The position numbers and the translations under genes were made by a program. A stretch of DNA of 38,303 nt from Nitrospirota bacterium (GTDB taxonomy: Bacteria > Nitrospirota > Thermodesulfovibrionia > Thermodesulfovibrionales > Dissulfurispiraceae): contig JBFMCP010000033.1 of the NCBI GenBank assembly GCA_040754455.1, positions 1-38,303 of the forward strand, given 5' to 3'. This document shows positions 8,884-17,835 of this stretch, in pieces (position 1 is the stretch's first letter; the number at the start of each line of letters is the position of its first letter). A model generated the notes under the pieces. It searched no databases. It saw only the letters and a program-made list of their open reading frames with translations, and was not told the DNA's origin.

Positions 8884-11727
8884 ATGGAAATGAATAGTAC
8901 GCATATACAAAAGCTTGTCGATGCAGAGCCCAGGTATCGTACGCTCTTTGAGCAGTTCCCTGACGGTATCCTGCTCATCGATACAAAGGGCAAAATTATC
9001 GAGTTCAACGAGGCGGCGCATCGCAGGCTCGGCTATACGCGGGAGGAGTTTGCAGCGCTCAATCTTTCGGATATCAATGTTTCCTGGACCCCGCAAGAGC
9101 TGCGCGAGAGTATACAAAGGGTCTTGCAGGAGAAAGAGGCCGAGTTCGAGGTACAGCACTGGACCAAGAGCGGAGAGATCAGGGATGTCCAGGTCATCAC
9201 TCATGCAATAGAGCTTTCCGGCCGTACTGTTCTCCATGCCCTGTGGCGTGATATCACCGGACGCCGACAGGCTGAAAAGACACTGGAATCAGCGATCCTT
9301 AGGGCAATTGAAGGGAAGGACACGATTAAAGCGGTTATTGCGGCAATCGGCTGCGGTGTCAGCATTCAGGACACCGATTATAAGATTTTATTCCAAAACC
9401 AGGCTCATAAGAATATGGTCGGAGAGCATATCGGGGAATACTGCTATAAGGCATATCAAGGCAGGGACCGGGTCTGCGAAGGGTGTCACGTTGCCATGGC
9501 GTTCAGTGACGGGCGCGTGCATACAAAAGAGCAGAGCAGGATGACCTCTGGAGGAATGCAGTATTTTGAGATAACAGCTTCGCCACTCAGAGATCCTTCG
9601 GGAAAGATCATCGGGGCAATTGAAGCGGTTTGGGAGATTACCGGCCGTAAGAGGACCGAAAAAGCGCTCCGGGAGAGTGAGGAGCGGTTCAGGCTTGTTG
9701 CTGAATCGGCCAAGGCCATCGTCTATGATATCGATGTCGAAAGCGGCACGACGGTCATTACGCGGGGTCTCTCCGAAATCCTCGGCTATGCTCCCGAAGA
9801 AAAACCGTCCGCCCCTGATTGGTGGTACGGCCTGATACACCCTGACGACTTCCTCACTGTAGACAGGACATTTAAGGAAAGCATCGCGCATGCCAGCGAT
9901 TTTGTTCTCGAGTACCGGCTGCTCCATAAGTCAGGTGATTATATCACGGTACAGGACACCGGAAAAGTTGTCAGGGATAGTTCCGGGCGGGTGGTGCGTA
10001 TTGTGGGCGGCGTGGTGGACATCACCGAACGAAGAAAGGCAGAGGCGGCGCTCAGCGCCTCCGAGAAGAAACTAAGGCATCTCTATGATTCCATGAGCGA
10101 TGGCGTAGCCATGACCGATAGGGAGGGCCGCATCGTCGAATGCAACAGGACTTTTCTCCATATGCTCGGCTACACCGAAACGGAAGTAAAGCGGCTTTCC
10201 TCCCGTGATATTACCCCTGCCAAATGGTATGCGATGGAGGAGAGCATCATCGAGAGTCAGGTGTTCCCCCGGGGGTATTCTGATGAATACGAGAAGGAAT
10301 ACCTCAGAAAGGACGGCACGGTATTCCCTGTTGCCGTCAAGACCTGGCTTATCAGGAATGAGGAGGGCGATCCCCTCGCGATGTGGTGTCTTGTTCGAGA
10401 TATCACCGAGCGCAAAAAATTGGAAGCCACTATACGATATCAGGCGTACCATGACTCCCTGACCGGATTGCCGAACAGGGCGCTTTTTACGGACCGTCTG
10501 AACCTCGAGCTGGCCCAGGCGCGTCGTGACCATACCAGGCTTGCCGTGCTGTTCCTGGATATAGACCGTTTCAAAGGCGTCAATGATTCCTTGGGACACC
10601 CTGCCGGTGACCAGCTGCTCAAAGAGGCCGCGCACCGGCTCAAATGGTGCGTCAGGCAATCGGATACCATCGCCCGTTTCGGCGGCGACGAATTCGCGAT
10701 CCTGCTGCCATCCGTTGCCCATGCGGAAGACATTGCGGTGACCGCCGAGAAAATAATAGGAGCTATCCTGAGGCCGTTTGTGATCGAGGATCACGAGCTC
10801 CATGTGACCACCAGCATCGGCATCAGCATCTATCCCGAGGACGGCGAGCATCCTGAAGTGCTGCTCAAGCACGCCGATATCGCCATGTACCACGCCAAAG
10901 GACAAGGCCGGAATAATTTCCAGTTCTACAATGCCACTATAAATATACGTACCCTCGAGCGCATGATATTGGAAAATAACCTGCGGCATACCCTGGATCA
11001 CGGCGCCCTGACCATCTATTACCAGCCCCAACTCGATCTTACGACGCGGAGCATCGTCAGCGCCGAAGCGCTGGTGCGCTGGAGACACCCAGACCTGGGG
11101 CTGCTCAACCCTGTGCAGTTCGTTCCCCTGGCTGAAGAGACGGGGCTCATTCTCTCTCTCGATGAGTGGGTGCTCCGCACCGCCTGCGCCCAGAACAAGG
11201 CATGGCAGGAGAGGGGACACACGCCGATGTCCGTAACCGTCAATATATCGGCACGTCAGTTCATGCAGCCTGATTTCGCCGATATGGTTTCGACTATATT
11301 GCAGGAGACCGGTCTGCACCCGCAATTCCTCGAGATCGAAATCACCGAGAACATCGCGATGCGCGATATCGAGCGGACTATTCCCCAATTGCATCGGCTT
11401 ACCGAGATGGGGGTCAATTTTTCGATCGACGATTTCGGCTCAGGGTACTCATCGCTGGGGCATTTGAAGAATCTGCCGGTGCACCGGCTGAAAATCGACA
11501 AATCGTTCATCAGGGGGCTCATTGCCCGTTATGAGGACCGGGCTATTGTCAAAGCAGTGGTGGTGATGGCGCATAATCTGAAAATGCGGGTGGTCGCCGA
11601 AGGGGTCGAGACCGAAGAAGAGCTCTCATTCCTCCGCGCCACTGGCTGCGATGAGGCGCAGGGATTTATCGTCAGTGAGCCGCTGCCTGCCGAGGAGTTC
11701 GAGCAGTATATTGTCGCCGCCTGCTAG
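8884..11727 (+). CDS. Multi-PAS (4x) diguanylate cyclase/phosphodiesterase (GGDEF-EAL)
   Basis: Four PAS/PAC units ending D/EIT.R; RQSD I-site and GGDEF; EAL, EITE, DDFGSGYSSL, LKIDKSF, AEGVET, QGF. Confidence 0.95.
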   Translation: MEMNSTHIQKLVDAEPRYRTLFEQFPDGILLIDTKGKIIEFNEAAHRRLGYTREEFAALNLSDINVSWTPQELRESIQRVLQEKEAEFEVQHWTKSGEIRDVQVITHAIELSGRTVLHALWRDITGRRQAEKTLESAILRAIEGKDTIKAVIAAIGCGVSIQDTDYKILFQNQAHKNMVGEHIGEYCYKAYQGRDRVCEGCHVAMAFSDGRVHTKEQSRMTSGGMQYFEITASPLRDPSGKIIGAIEAVWEITGRKRTEKALRESEERFRLVAESAKAIVYDIDVESGTTVITRGLSEILGYAPEEKPSAPDWWYGLIHPDDFLTVDRTFKESIAHASDFVLEYRLLHKSGDYITVQDTGKVVRDSSGRVVRIVGGVVDITERRKAEAALSASEKKLRHLYDSMSDGVAMTDREGRIVECNRTFLHMLGYTETEVKRLSSRDITPAKWYAMEESIIESQVFPRGYSDEYEKEYLRKDGTVFPVAVKTWLIRNEEGDPLAMWCLVRDITERKKLEATIRYQAYHDSLTGLPNRALFTDRLNLELAQARRDHTRLAVLFLDIDRFKGVNDSLGHPAGDQLLKEAAHRLKWCVRQSDTIARFGGDEFAILLPSVAHAEDIAVTAEKIIGAILRPFVIEDHELHVTTSIGISIYPEDGEHPEVLLKHADIAMYHAKGQGRNNFQFYNATINIRTLERMILENNLRHTLDHGALTIYYQPQLDLTTRSIVSAEALVRWRHPDLGLLNPVQFVPLAEETGLILSLDEWVLRTACAQNKAWQERGHTPMSVTVNISARQFMQPDFADMVSTILQETGLHPQFLEIEITENIAMRDIERTIPQLHRLTEMGVNFSIDDFGSGYSSLGHLKNLPVHRLKIDKSFIRGLIARYEDRAIVKAVVVMAHNLKMRVVAEGVETEEELSFLRATGCDEAQGFIVSEPLPAEEFEQYIVAAC

Positions 11728-11773
11728 GTGTCACCCTCATAGCCATCATCTCCCGGGCACCTTGTTCTGGCTG

Positions 11774-11782
11774 TGGTATACT
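11774..11782 (+). promoter_or_regulatory. Extended -10 promoter candidate for the hyp operon
   Basis: TGgTATACT about 45 bp upstream of hypA. Confidence 0.45.
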
Positions 11783-11825
11783 AAATAAAACCTGTAATTA
11801 TGTGAATTTCGAGCGAAGCAGTGCT

Positions 11826-12167
11826 ATGCACGAGATGTCGATTACGATGGGCATGCTGGATATCGTGAAGGAGCAGATGGCGAAACACGGTGTCACAAAG
11901 CTCATGAAAGTGAGAATAAAAGTCGGTGAAATGACCGCCGTCGAGCCGGAGTCCCTGCGGTTCTGCTTCGAAGCATGTACGAAGGATACGCCGATAGAGG
12001 GTGCGGTCCTCGAGATCGAAGAGGTCCCCCTTACCGGCAGATGCAGAGAGTGCGGCGACGTGTTCCACCTTGAAGGATATTGCGCCCGGTGCCCCGTGTG
12101 TCAGAGCGCATCCGTTGACCACATCTCCGGCCATGAGCTGAATATTGTTTCCATGGAGGTTGAGTAG
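11826..12167 (+). CDS. hypA: Hydrogenase maturation nickel metallochaperone HypA
   Basis: N-terminal MHE, two CxxC (CREC, CPVC), G.EL.I.S.EVE. Confidence 0.95.
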   Translation: MHEMSITMGMLDIVKEQMAKHGVTKLMKVRIKVGEMTAVEPESLRFCFEACTKDTPIEGAVLEIEEVPLTGRCRECGDVFHLEGYCARCPVCQSASVDHISGHELNIVSMEVE

Positions 12168-12171
12168 TACG

Positions 12172-12825
12172 ATGCACGATATCGCTCTAGATGAAAAGAT
12201 TCTTTCGAGAAATGACGCCCTGGCACGGGAGAACAGGGAGGAACTGCAGCAGCGGGGCATATTTACCATAAATATGGTGAGCTCGCCGGGGTCGGGAAAG
12301 ACAACGATCATCGAGAGGACGGTCGAGCTTTTAAGAGAGCGCATCAGTATGGCGGTGATCGAGGGCGACATGCAGACCGATCTCGATGCACAGCGCATCG
12401 CCCGGTACCACATCCCGGTAAAGCAGATCACCACCGGCAAGGCCTGCCACCTCGACGCCCATATGATCCACCATACGCTCCCTTGGGTATTCGAACAGGG
12501 AAAGGTGCAGTTGCTCATTCTTGAGAATGTAGGGAATATGGTCTGTCCCGCCGAGTACGACCTGGGCGAGGATATGAAGGTGGCGGTCATGAGCGTTACC
12601 GAAGGAGACGACAAACCGCTCAAATACCCCTCGTTGTTTCATGCGTCCGGAGTGCTCATCATCAATAAGATCGATCTCGTAAAGTTCACCAATTTTGATC
12701 TGCAGAGAGCGGAGGAGAATGCCCTCAAGGTTAATCCCCATCTCAAGGTGTTCAGGACCTCCTGTACCAACGGCTCGGGCCTCAAGGAGTGGGCCGAGTT
12801 TTTAGTTGCGCGCAGCACAACGTGA
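12172..12825 (+). CDS. hypB: Hydrogenase nickel incorporation GTPase HypB
   Basis: SSPGSGKTT, IEGD, CHLDA, ENVGN.VCPA, EGDDKPLKYP, NKID; no His-rich N-terminus. Confidence 0.96.
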   Translation: MHDIALDEKILSRNDALARENREELQQRGIFTINMVSSPGSGKTTIIERTVELLRERISMAVIEGDMQTDLDAQRIARYHIPVKQITTGKACHLDAHMIHHTLPWVFEQGKVQLLILENVGNMVCPAEYDLGEDMKVAVMSVTEGDDKPLKYPSLFHASGVLIINKIDLVKFTNFDLQRAEENALKVNPHLKVFRTSCTNGSGLKEWAEFLVARSTT

Positions 12826-15272
12826 GAGCGAGGATACAGGTAACCGGTGTTGTTCAGGGAGTGGGCTTCCGCCCCTTCATCCATAATCTGGCGCAGAAGT
12901 ACCGGCTCAAAGGCTTTTGCCGCAACGATTCCGAAGGGGTGCTCATCGAGGTCGAGAGCGATACGTCAAACGGCGGCATCGAAGACTTCGTTAAAGAATT
13001 AATGTCCTCTGCACCGCCCCTCTCAAGAATCGATAGCCTCTTCACAAAAATTATTCCCGGCGAAGGAAACTATAAGGATTTTACTATCAGGGAGAGCTTG
13101 TTCCGGGAGGGAAAGTCTACTTTTGTCTCTCCTGATATCGCGGTCTGCCCTGATTGTGTAAGGGAAATGTTCGATCCCCACGACCGGCGGTACGGGTATC
13201 CTTTTGTCAACTGCACCAATTGCGGCCCCCGCTATTCCATTGTCCTCGATATTCCCTATGACCGTCCGAAGACCACCATGGCCTCTTTCACTATGTGTTC
13301 CGCATGCACAAGAGAATACAATGATCCTGCAGACCGCAGATTTCATGCGCAGCCGAATGCCTGTCAGGTCTGCGGACCGAAACTAGAGCTTATCGTTCAC
13401 CGTTCATCGTTCACCGTTAAGGAAAAAGAAAATCCTGTGGAGACAGCTATTGCACTCTTAAAGCAAGGGGCTATTGTTGCCATCAAAGGCCTGGGCGGGT
13501 TCCATCTCTGCTGTGATGCGACGAACCGTGATGCGGTGGCGAGGCTCAGGGAGCGGAAGCGGAACTCCAACAAGCCGTTCGCCCTCATGGCTCCTAATAG
13601 TATCACTATAAAGAATTTTTGCGTGGTGAGCGAAGAAGAGGAGCGGCTACTTGAGAGCAGGATCAGACCCATCGTGCTTCTCAAAAAAAAGGTGATGGAC
13701 AATGGTCCTAAGACTATAGGGAAAGACAAAAATGAAGAAAATATCTTATTGCCGGACGAAGTTGCACCCGGTAATAGCTCTCTCGGTTTCATGCTTCCCT
13801 ACACGCCGCTTCATTATCTTCTGTTCAGTGGAGAGGGCAAACAATTTACCGCCCTCGTCATGACGAGCGGCAACCGCTCGGAAGAGCCTATCGTCACCTC
13901 AAATGACGAAGCCCTCAAAAAGCTCGCGCCGCTCGCCGATGCCTTTCTGCTTCACAACCGGGATATCTATATGAGGGTGGATGATTCGATAGTGAGAGCC
14001 GGGAACCAGGAGCCGGAAGCCAGGAGTCGGAATTCAGACGACAGAAGTCAGAACACAGAAATCAAAGGCAAAGAGACAACATCTTCCCCATCGTTTCCCC
14101 CATTTTACATCATCCGGAGGGCGCGGGGATTCGTGCCGGATACGATCGATCTGGGCGAAGAGTTCAGAGAGATTCTTGCCTGCGGCGCTGATCTCAAAAA
14201 TACTTTCTGCCTGACCAAGGGGAGTAAAGCGATCCCGAGCCAGCATATCGGCGATCTGGAGCACTACGAGACGCTGGGCTTTTTCGGGGAGACATTGAGG
14301 AATCTCAAGAATACCTTCAGAGTCGCGCCCGAAGCGGTGGCCCATGACATGCACCCTGATTATTTCAGCACAAAGCTGGCCCTCGAATATGCACGCGAAC
14401 ACGATATCCCGGAGGATCGGTGCATTCCCGTACAGCACCACCATGCGCATATCGTGAGCGTTATGGCGGAGCATGGGCTCAGGGAGAAGGTGATCGGTAT
14501 TGCCTTTGACGGCACCGGATACGGTATGGATGGGCATATCTGGGGCGGAGAATTTCTTGTAGCCGACAGGGTCTCCTTTGAGAGAGCGGCCCATTTCCGT
14601 TATGTCCCGCTGCCCGGCGGAGACAAGGCGGTAAAGGAGCCATGGAGAGCAGCGGCGGCATACCTGCACCAGACGTTTGGTGATCATGCTTTTGAAATTC
14701 TTCCCTCCTTCTTCAGGCGCTTCAAACGTGCTGATGTCGATGCCGTCCTGCAGATGGTAAAAAACAGTATTCATGCTCCCCTCACATCCAGCGCGGGGAG
14801 GCTCTTCGATGCAGTCTCGTCCGTGATCGGGTTGAGGGACAGGATTACCTTTGAAGGTGAAGCCGCCATAGATCTTGAGATGGCCGCTCATGCTTACGGG
14901 GGAATAACAGGAGAGCCCTATCCTTATAATAAGGAAGGGTCCTCCATCGATATGAGCCCGGCAATAGAAGCAATTGCCGGGGATTGCAACAGGAGCGTCG
15001 AGACCGGGGCAATTGCCCGACGTTTTCATGCTACGATGGGTGAAGTCATCCTGAATGTTGCGAAAGAAATCAGAGAAGAAAGCGGATTGCGTAACGTCGT
15101 TATGAGCGGCGGCGTTTTCCAGAACAGGCTTTTAACGGAGATTTCCATTGCCGCGCTCCGTAAGAACGGCTTTGCGGTCTGGATGAACGAGCGTGTCCCC
15201 GCCAATGATGGCGGCATATCGCTCGGGCAGGCGGCAGTGGCCTGGGAGCGTATGAAAAAAGGAGTGCAGTAA
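12822..15272 (+). CDS. hypF: Carbamoyltransferase HypF
   Basis: GVVQGVGFRPF acylphosphatase domain, zinc fingers (CTNCGPRY, RRFHAQPNAC), QHHHAH, DGTGYG, NDGGISLGQ; GTG start overlaps hypB stop (GTGA). Confidence 0.96.
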   Translation: MRARIQVTGVVQGVGFRPFIHNLAQKYRLKGFCRNDSEGVLIEVESDTSNGGIEDFVKELMSSAPPLSRIDSLFTKIIPGEGNYKDFTIRESLFREGKSTFVSPDIAVCPDCVREMFDPHDRRYGYPFVNCTNCGPRYSIVLDIPYDRPKTTMASFTMCSACTREYNDPADRRFHAQPNACQVCGPKLELIVHRSSFTVKEKENPVETAIALLKQGAIVAIKGLGGFHLCCDATNRDAVARLRERKRNSNKPFALMAPNSITIKNFCVVSEEEERLLESRIRPIVLLKKKVMDNGPKTIGKDKNEENILLPDEVAPGNSSLGFMLPYTPLHYLLFSGEGKQFTALVMTSGNRSEEPIVTSNDEALKKLAPLADAFLLHNRDIYMRVDDSIVRAGNQEPEARSRNSDDRSQNTEIKGKETTSSPSFPPFYIIRRARGFVPDTIDLGEEFREILACGADLKNTFCLTKGSKAIPSQHIGDLEHYETLGFFGETLRNLKNTFRVAPEAVAHDMHPDYFSTKLALEYAREHDIPEDRCIPVQHHHAHIVSVMAEHGLREKVIGIAFDGTGYGMDGHIWGGEFLVADRVSFERAAHFRYVPLPGGDKAVKEPWRAAAAYLHQTFGDHAFEILPSFFRRFKRADVDAVLQMVKNSIHAPLTSSAGRLFDAVSSVIGLRDRITFEGEAAIDLEMAAHAYGGITGEPYPYNKEGSSIDMSPAIEAIAGDCNRSVETGAIARRFHATMGEVILNVAKEIREESGLRNVVMSGGVFQNRLLTEISIAALRKNGFAVWMNERVPANDGGISLGQAAVAWERMKKGVQ
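13392..13419 (+). repeat. In-frame heptamer tandem repeat in hypF (array A)
   Basis: ATCGTTC ACCGTTC ATCGTTC ACCGTTA. Confidence 0.85.
13694..13727 (+). repeat. Degenerate heptamer array in hypF (array B)
   Basis: GATGGAC AATGGTC CTAAGAC TATAGGG AAAGAC, within an apparently lengthened loop. Confidence 0.45.
13997..14066 (+). repeat. In-frame heptamer array of 10 units in hypF (array C)
   Basis: AGCCGGG AACCAGG AGCCGGA AGCCAGG AGTCGGA ATTCAGA CGACAGA AGTCAGA ACACAGA AATCAAA. Confidence 0.88.
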
Positions 15273-15276
15273 GTTT

Positions 15277-15498
15277 ATGTGCATTGCAATACCAGGCAAG
15301 GTGATCGGGATCAGGGATGCCATGGCCACGATAGATGTGGCAGGCACCAAAAAAGAGGCCAGTCTCATGCTGATGGAGGGAGTGAGCATCGGCGACTATG
15401 TCATTGTCCATGCAGGGTTCGTTATACAAAAAGTGGATGATCATGAAGCGCGGGAGACGTTACGGCTCCTCAGTGAGTTTATCGAGGGGTGGGAATGA
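15277..15498 (+). CDS. hypC: Hydrogenase assembly chaperone HypC
   Basis: MCIAIPG N-terminus, GDYVIVHAGF. Confidence 0.96.
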   Translation: MCIAIPGKVIGIRDAMATIDVAGTKKEASLMLMEGVSIGDYVIVHAGFVIQKVDDHEARETLRLLSEFIEGWE

Positions 15499-16586
15499 AG
15501 TACATCGATGAATTCAGGAACAGGGAGCTCGCCCGGGGCGTGCTGGAAAAGATCCATGAGACTTCAAAGAAGAGCGTCTCGATCATGGAGATCTGCGGCA
15601 GCCACACCCACAGCATCTCGAAGTACGGCATCAGGGATGCCCTGCCTTCCACGATCCGGCTGATATCAGGCCCCGGCTGCCCGGTCTGCGTTACCTCTGC
15701 AGGAGATCTGAACAGGATCATCGAATTCATAAAGACACGAAAAGACGTGATCATCACCACCTTCGGTGATATGATGCGGGTGCCGGGTTCGGGTTCGTCT
15801 TTCCAGGAGGAGAAGGCGAGGGGGAGCGATATCAGGGTAGTCTATTCTCCTCTGGATACGCTCAAGATCGCGAAGTCCAATCCGGAGCGAGAGGTGATTT
15901 TTTACGGTGTTGGCTTTGAGACAACTGCCCCGACGGTTGCTGCCACGCTGCTCATGACAAAGCAGATGAACCTTAAGAACCTCTCCTTCTTTTCCCTACA
16001 CAAGCTCACCCCTCCTGCAATGAGGACGCTCCTCGACAGCGGTGAAGTGGAGCTGAACGGCTTCATCTGTCCGGGGCATGTCACGGCAGTCATCGGCGCT
16101 GAGGCGTATCGCTTTATTGCATCCGAGTATCATGCTCCCTGCGTGGTCGCCGGGTTCGAGCCGCTCGATATGCTTCAGGGATTGTACCTGCTCATTCAGC
16201 AGTTGGAGGAAGGACGGTCGGACATAGAGATCCAGTACAAGAGAGTGGTTACCTGGGAAGGGAACAAAAAGGCCCAGGAGATCATGACGCAGGTCTTTGA
16301 GGTTTGCGATGCCTCATGGAGAGGGATTGGCACGATCCCGATGAGCGGCCTAAGTATCAGGGACGCCTTTGCCGATTTCGATGCCGAAAGACGGTTCGCT
16401 ATCGATAAGGGCGGCGGTGAGGAGCCGCCGGGCTGCTCCTGCGGCGATATTATCAAAGGACGGCTGGGTCCACATGACTGTGCGCTGTTTGGTGCCGCAT
16501 GTACGCCGGAGGACCCGCAGGGCCCCTGCATGGTTTCTTCCGAAGGCACCTGCGCGGCATATTATAAATACGGAAACAGAAAATGA
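15495..16586 (+). CDS. hypD: Hydrogenase formation protein HypD
   Basis: CGSHT, GPGCPVC, GFETT, PGHV, GPCMVSSEGTCAA; ATGA overlap with hypC. Confidence 0.97.
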   Translation: MKYIDEFRNRELARGVLEKIHETSKKSVSIMEICGSHTHSISKYGIRDALPSTIRLISGPGCPVCVTSAGDLNRIIEFIKTRKDVIITTFGDMMRVPGSGSSFQEEKARGSDIRVVYSPLDTLKIAKSNPEREVIFYGVGFETTAPTVAATLLMTKQMNLKNLSFFSLHKLTPPAMRTLLDSGEVELNGFICPGHVTAVIGAEAYRFIASEYHAPCVVAGFEPLDMLQGLYLLIQQLEEGRSDIEIQYKRVVTWEGNKKAQEIMTQVFEVCDASWRGIGTIPMSGLSIRDAFADFDAERRFAIDKGGGEEPPGCSCGDIIKGRLGPHDCALFGAACTPEDPQGPCMVSSEGTCAAYYKYGNRK

Positions 16587-16587
16587 G

Positions 16588-16705
16588 AAAATCCAAATCA
16601 CAAACATTAAGCTCCAATTTCCAAACTCCAAACAAACACAAAACTCCAAATACAGTGGAATAATTCTTTTTGGAATTTGTGTGGATTTTGGAGTTTGTGA
16701 TTTTT
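16588..16705. repeat. Palindromic element built from heptamer arrays between hypD and hypE (element E)
   Basis: Left arm AATCCAA ATCACAA ACATTAA GCTCCAA TTTCCAA ACTCCAA acaa ACACAAA ACTCCAA; AAATCACAAAC (16595-16605) pairs perfectly with GTTTGTGATTT (16693-16703). Confidence 0.85.
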
Positions 16706-16721
16706 ACATCAGGAGTTTTAG

Positions 16722-17732
16722 ATGAACAATAAACAGATACTTCTCGCCCACGGCAGCGGCGGCAGGCTGAGCCACCAGCTTGTCCGCGAGATCTTTCTCG
16801 AAGTTTTTAATAATGAGCTCCTGGCCCCTCTGAACGACCAAGCAATTTGCACGCTTCCTTCCGCAAGAATCGCCTTCACCACCGATTCCTATGTCGTGGA
16901 CCCTATCTTCTTTCCCGGTGGTGATATCGGGAAACTGGCGGTCTGCGGCACGATCAACGATCTCGCGGTAGGAGGTGCTGAGCCGCTTTATCTGAGCGCC
17001 TCATTTATTATCGAAGAGGGTCTTGCCCTGGAGGATTTGAAAAGGATTGTCGATTCCATGGCAGTGACCGCCACCCGTGCAGGAGTAAAAATCGTCACCG
17101 GCGATACCAAAGTCGTCGAGCGGGGGAAGGGCGATAAGGTGTTCATCACTACTGCCGGGATCGGTGTGGTGAGCGAGGGGCTCTCTCTTTCACCCTCCTG
17201 TATCAGGCCGGGAGACGCGGTCATCGTCTCCGGCTTTGTGGGTGACCACGGCATCGCCATCATGACCCAGCGGGAAGGGATCGGTATGGAGAGCCCTGTC
17301 GAAAGCGACTGTGCGCCCCTGCATGAACTGGTCAAGGATATGCTGTCCACGGGCAGAGGGGTCAATGCAATGAGAGATCCCACGAGGGGAGGGCTGGCGA
17401 CAACGCTTAATGAACTCGCTGTATCCTCGGGCTTGGGGATTGCTATAAAGGAAGAGACCATCCCTGTACGTGAAGAGGTGAGGGGCGCCTGTGAGCTGCT
17501 GGGCTTCGATCCGCTCTATCTTGCCAATGAGGGAAAGCTCGTTGCTGTGGTAGCGAAGGATGCGGCAGCGGCGGTGCTTCACGCAATGAGGAACAATACC
17601 CTCGGCAGCGCAGCAGCGATCATCGGCGAAGTAGTGGACGAACATCACGGACGCGTTGTTCTCGAGACCACAATCGGCAATAAAAGGATCGTCGATATGC
17701 TTTCGGGAGAACAATTGCCCAGAATCTGCTGA
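16722..17732 (+). CDS. hypE: Hydrogenase expression/formation protein HypE
   Basis: LAHGSGG, TTDSYVVDP.FFPGGDIG, GDTKVV, RDPTRGG, ANEG, C-terminal PRIC; AGGAG RBS. Confidence 0.97.
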   Translation: MNNKQILLAHGSGGRLSHQLVREIFLEVFNNELLAPLNDQAICTLPSARIAFTTDSYVVDPIFFPGGDIGKLAVCGTINDLAVGGAEPLYLSASFIIEEGLALEDLKRIVDSMAVTATRAGVKIVTGDTKVVERGKGDKVFITTAGIGVVSEGLSLSPSCIRPGDAVIVSGFVGDHGIAIMTQREGIGMESPVESDCAPLHELVKDMLSTGRGVNAMRDPTRGGLATTLNELAVSSGLGIAIKEETIPVREEVRGACELLGFDPLYLANEGKLVAVVAKDAAAAVLHAMRNNTLGSAAAIIGEVVDEHHGRVVLETTIGNKRIVDMLSGEQLPRIC

Positions 17733-17764
17733 GCGGCAGACCTCTGTTATTTTTTCAGGAACTC

Positions 17765-17773
17765 TGTTATAAT
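17765..17773 (+). promoter_or_regulatory. Extended -10 promoter of the diguanylate cyclase gene
   Basis: TGtTATAAT, a perfect extended -10. Confidence 0.55.
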
Positions 17774-17835
17774 CCGCTGTTTTATTGATCGTGACTGAAG
17801 TACAGATGAGGGAATTCGGCCAAGGGGGGCTTTCC

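Noticed and set aside
9475..9489. CEGCH as a c-type heme motif
   Set aside because: The protein is cytoplasmic with no signal peptide or TM segment; the motif is part of a Cys-rich PAS domain.
11776..11803. NikR operator upstream of hypA
   Set aside because: GTATAC-N16-TTATGT is not a convincing inverted repeat.
16588..16705. Possible CRISPR array (also considered for 28424-28568)
   Set aside because: No constant 23-47 bp repeats with unique spacers and no cas genes; the structure is tandem heptamers in inverted arms.
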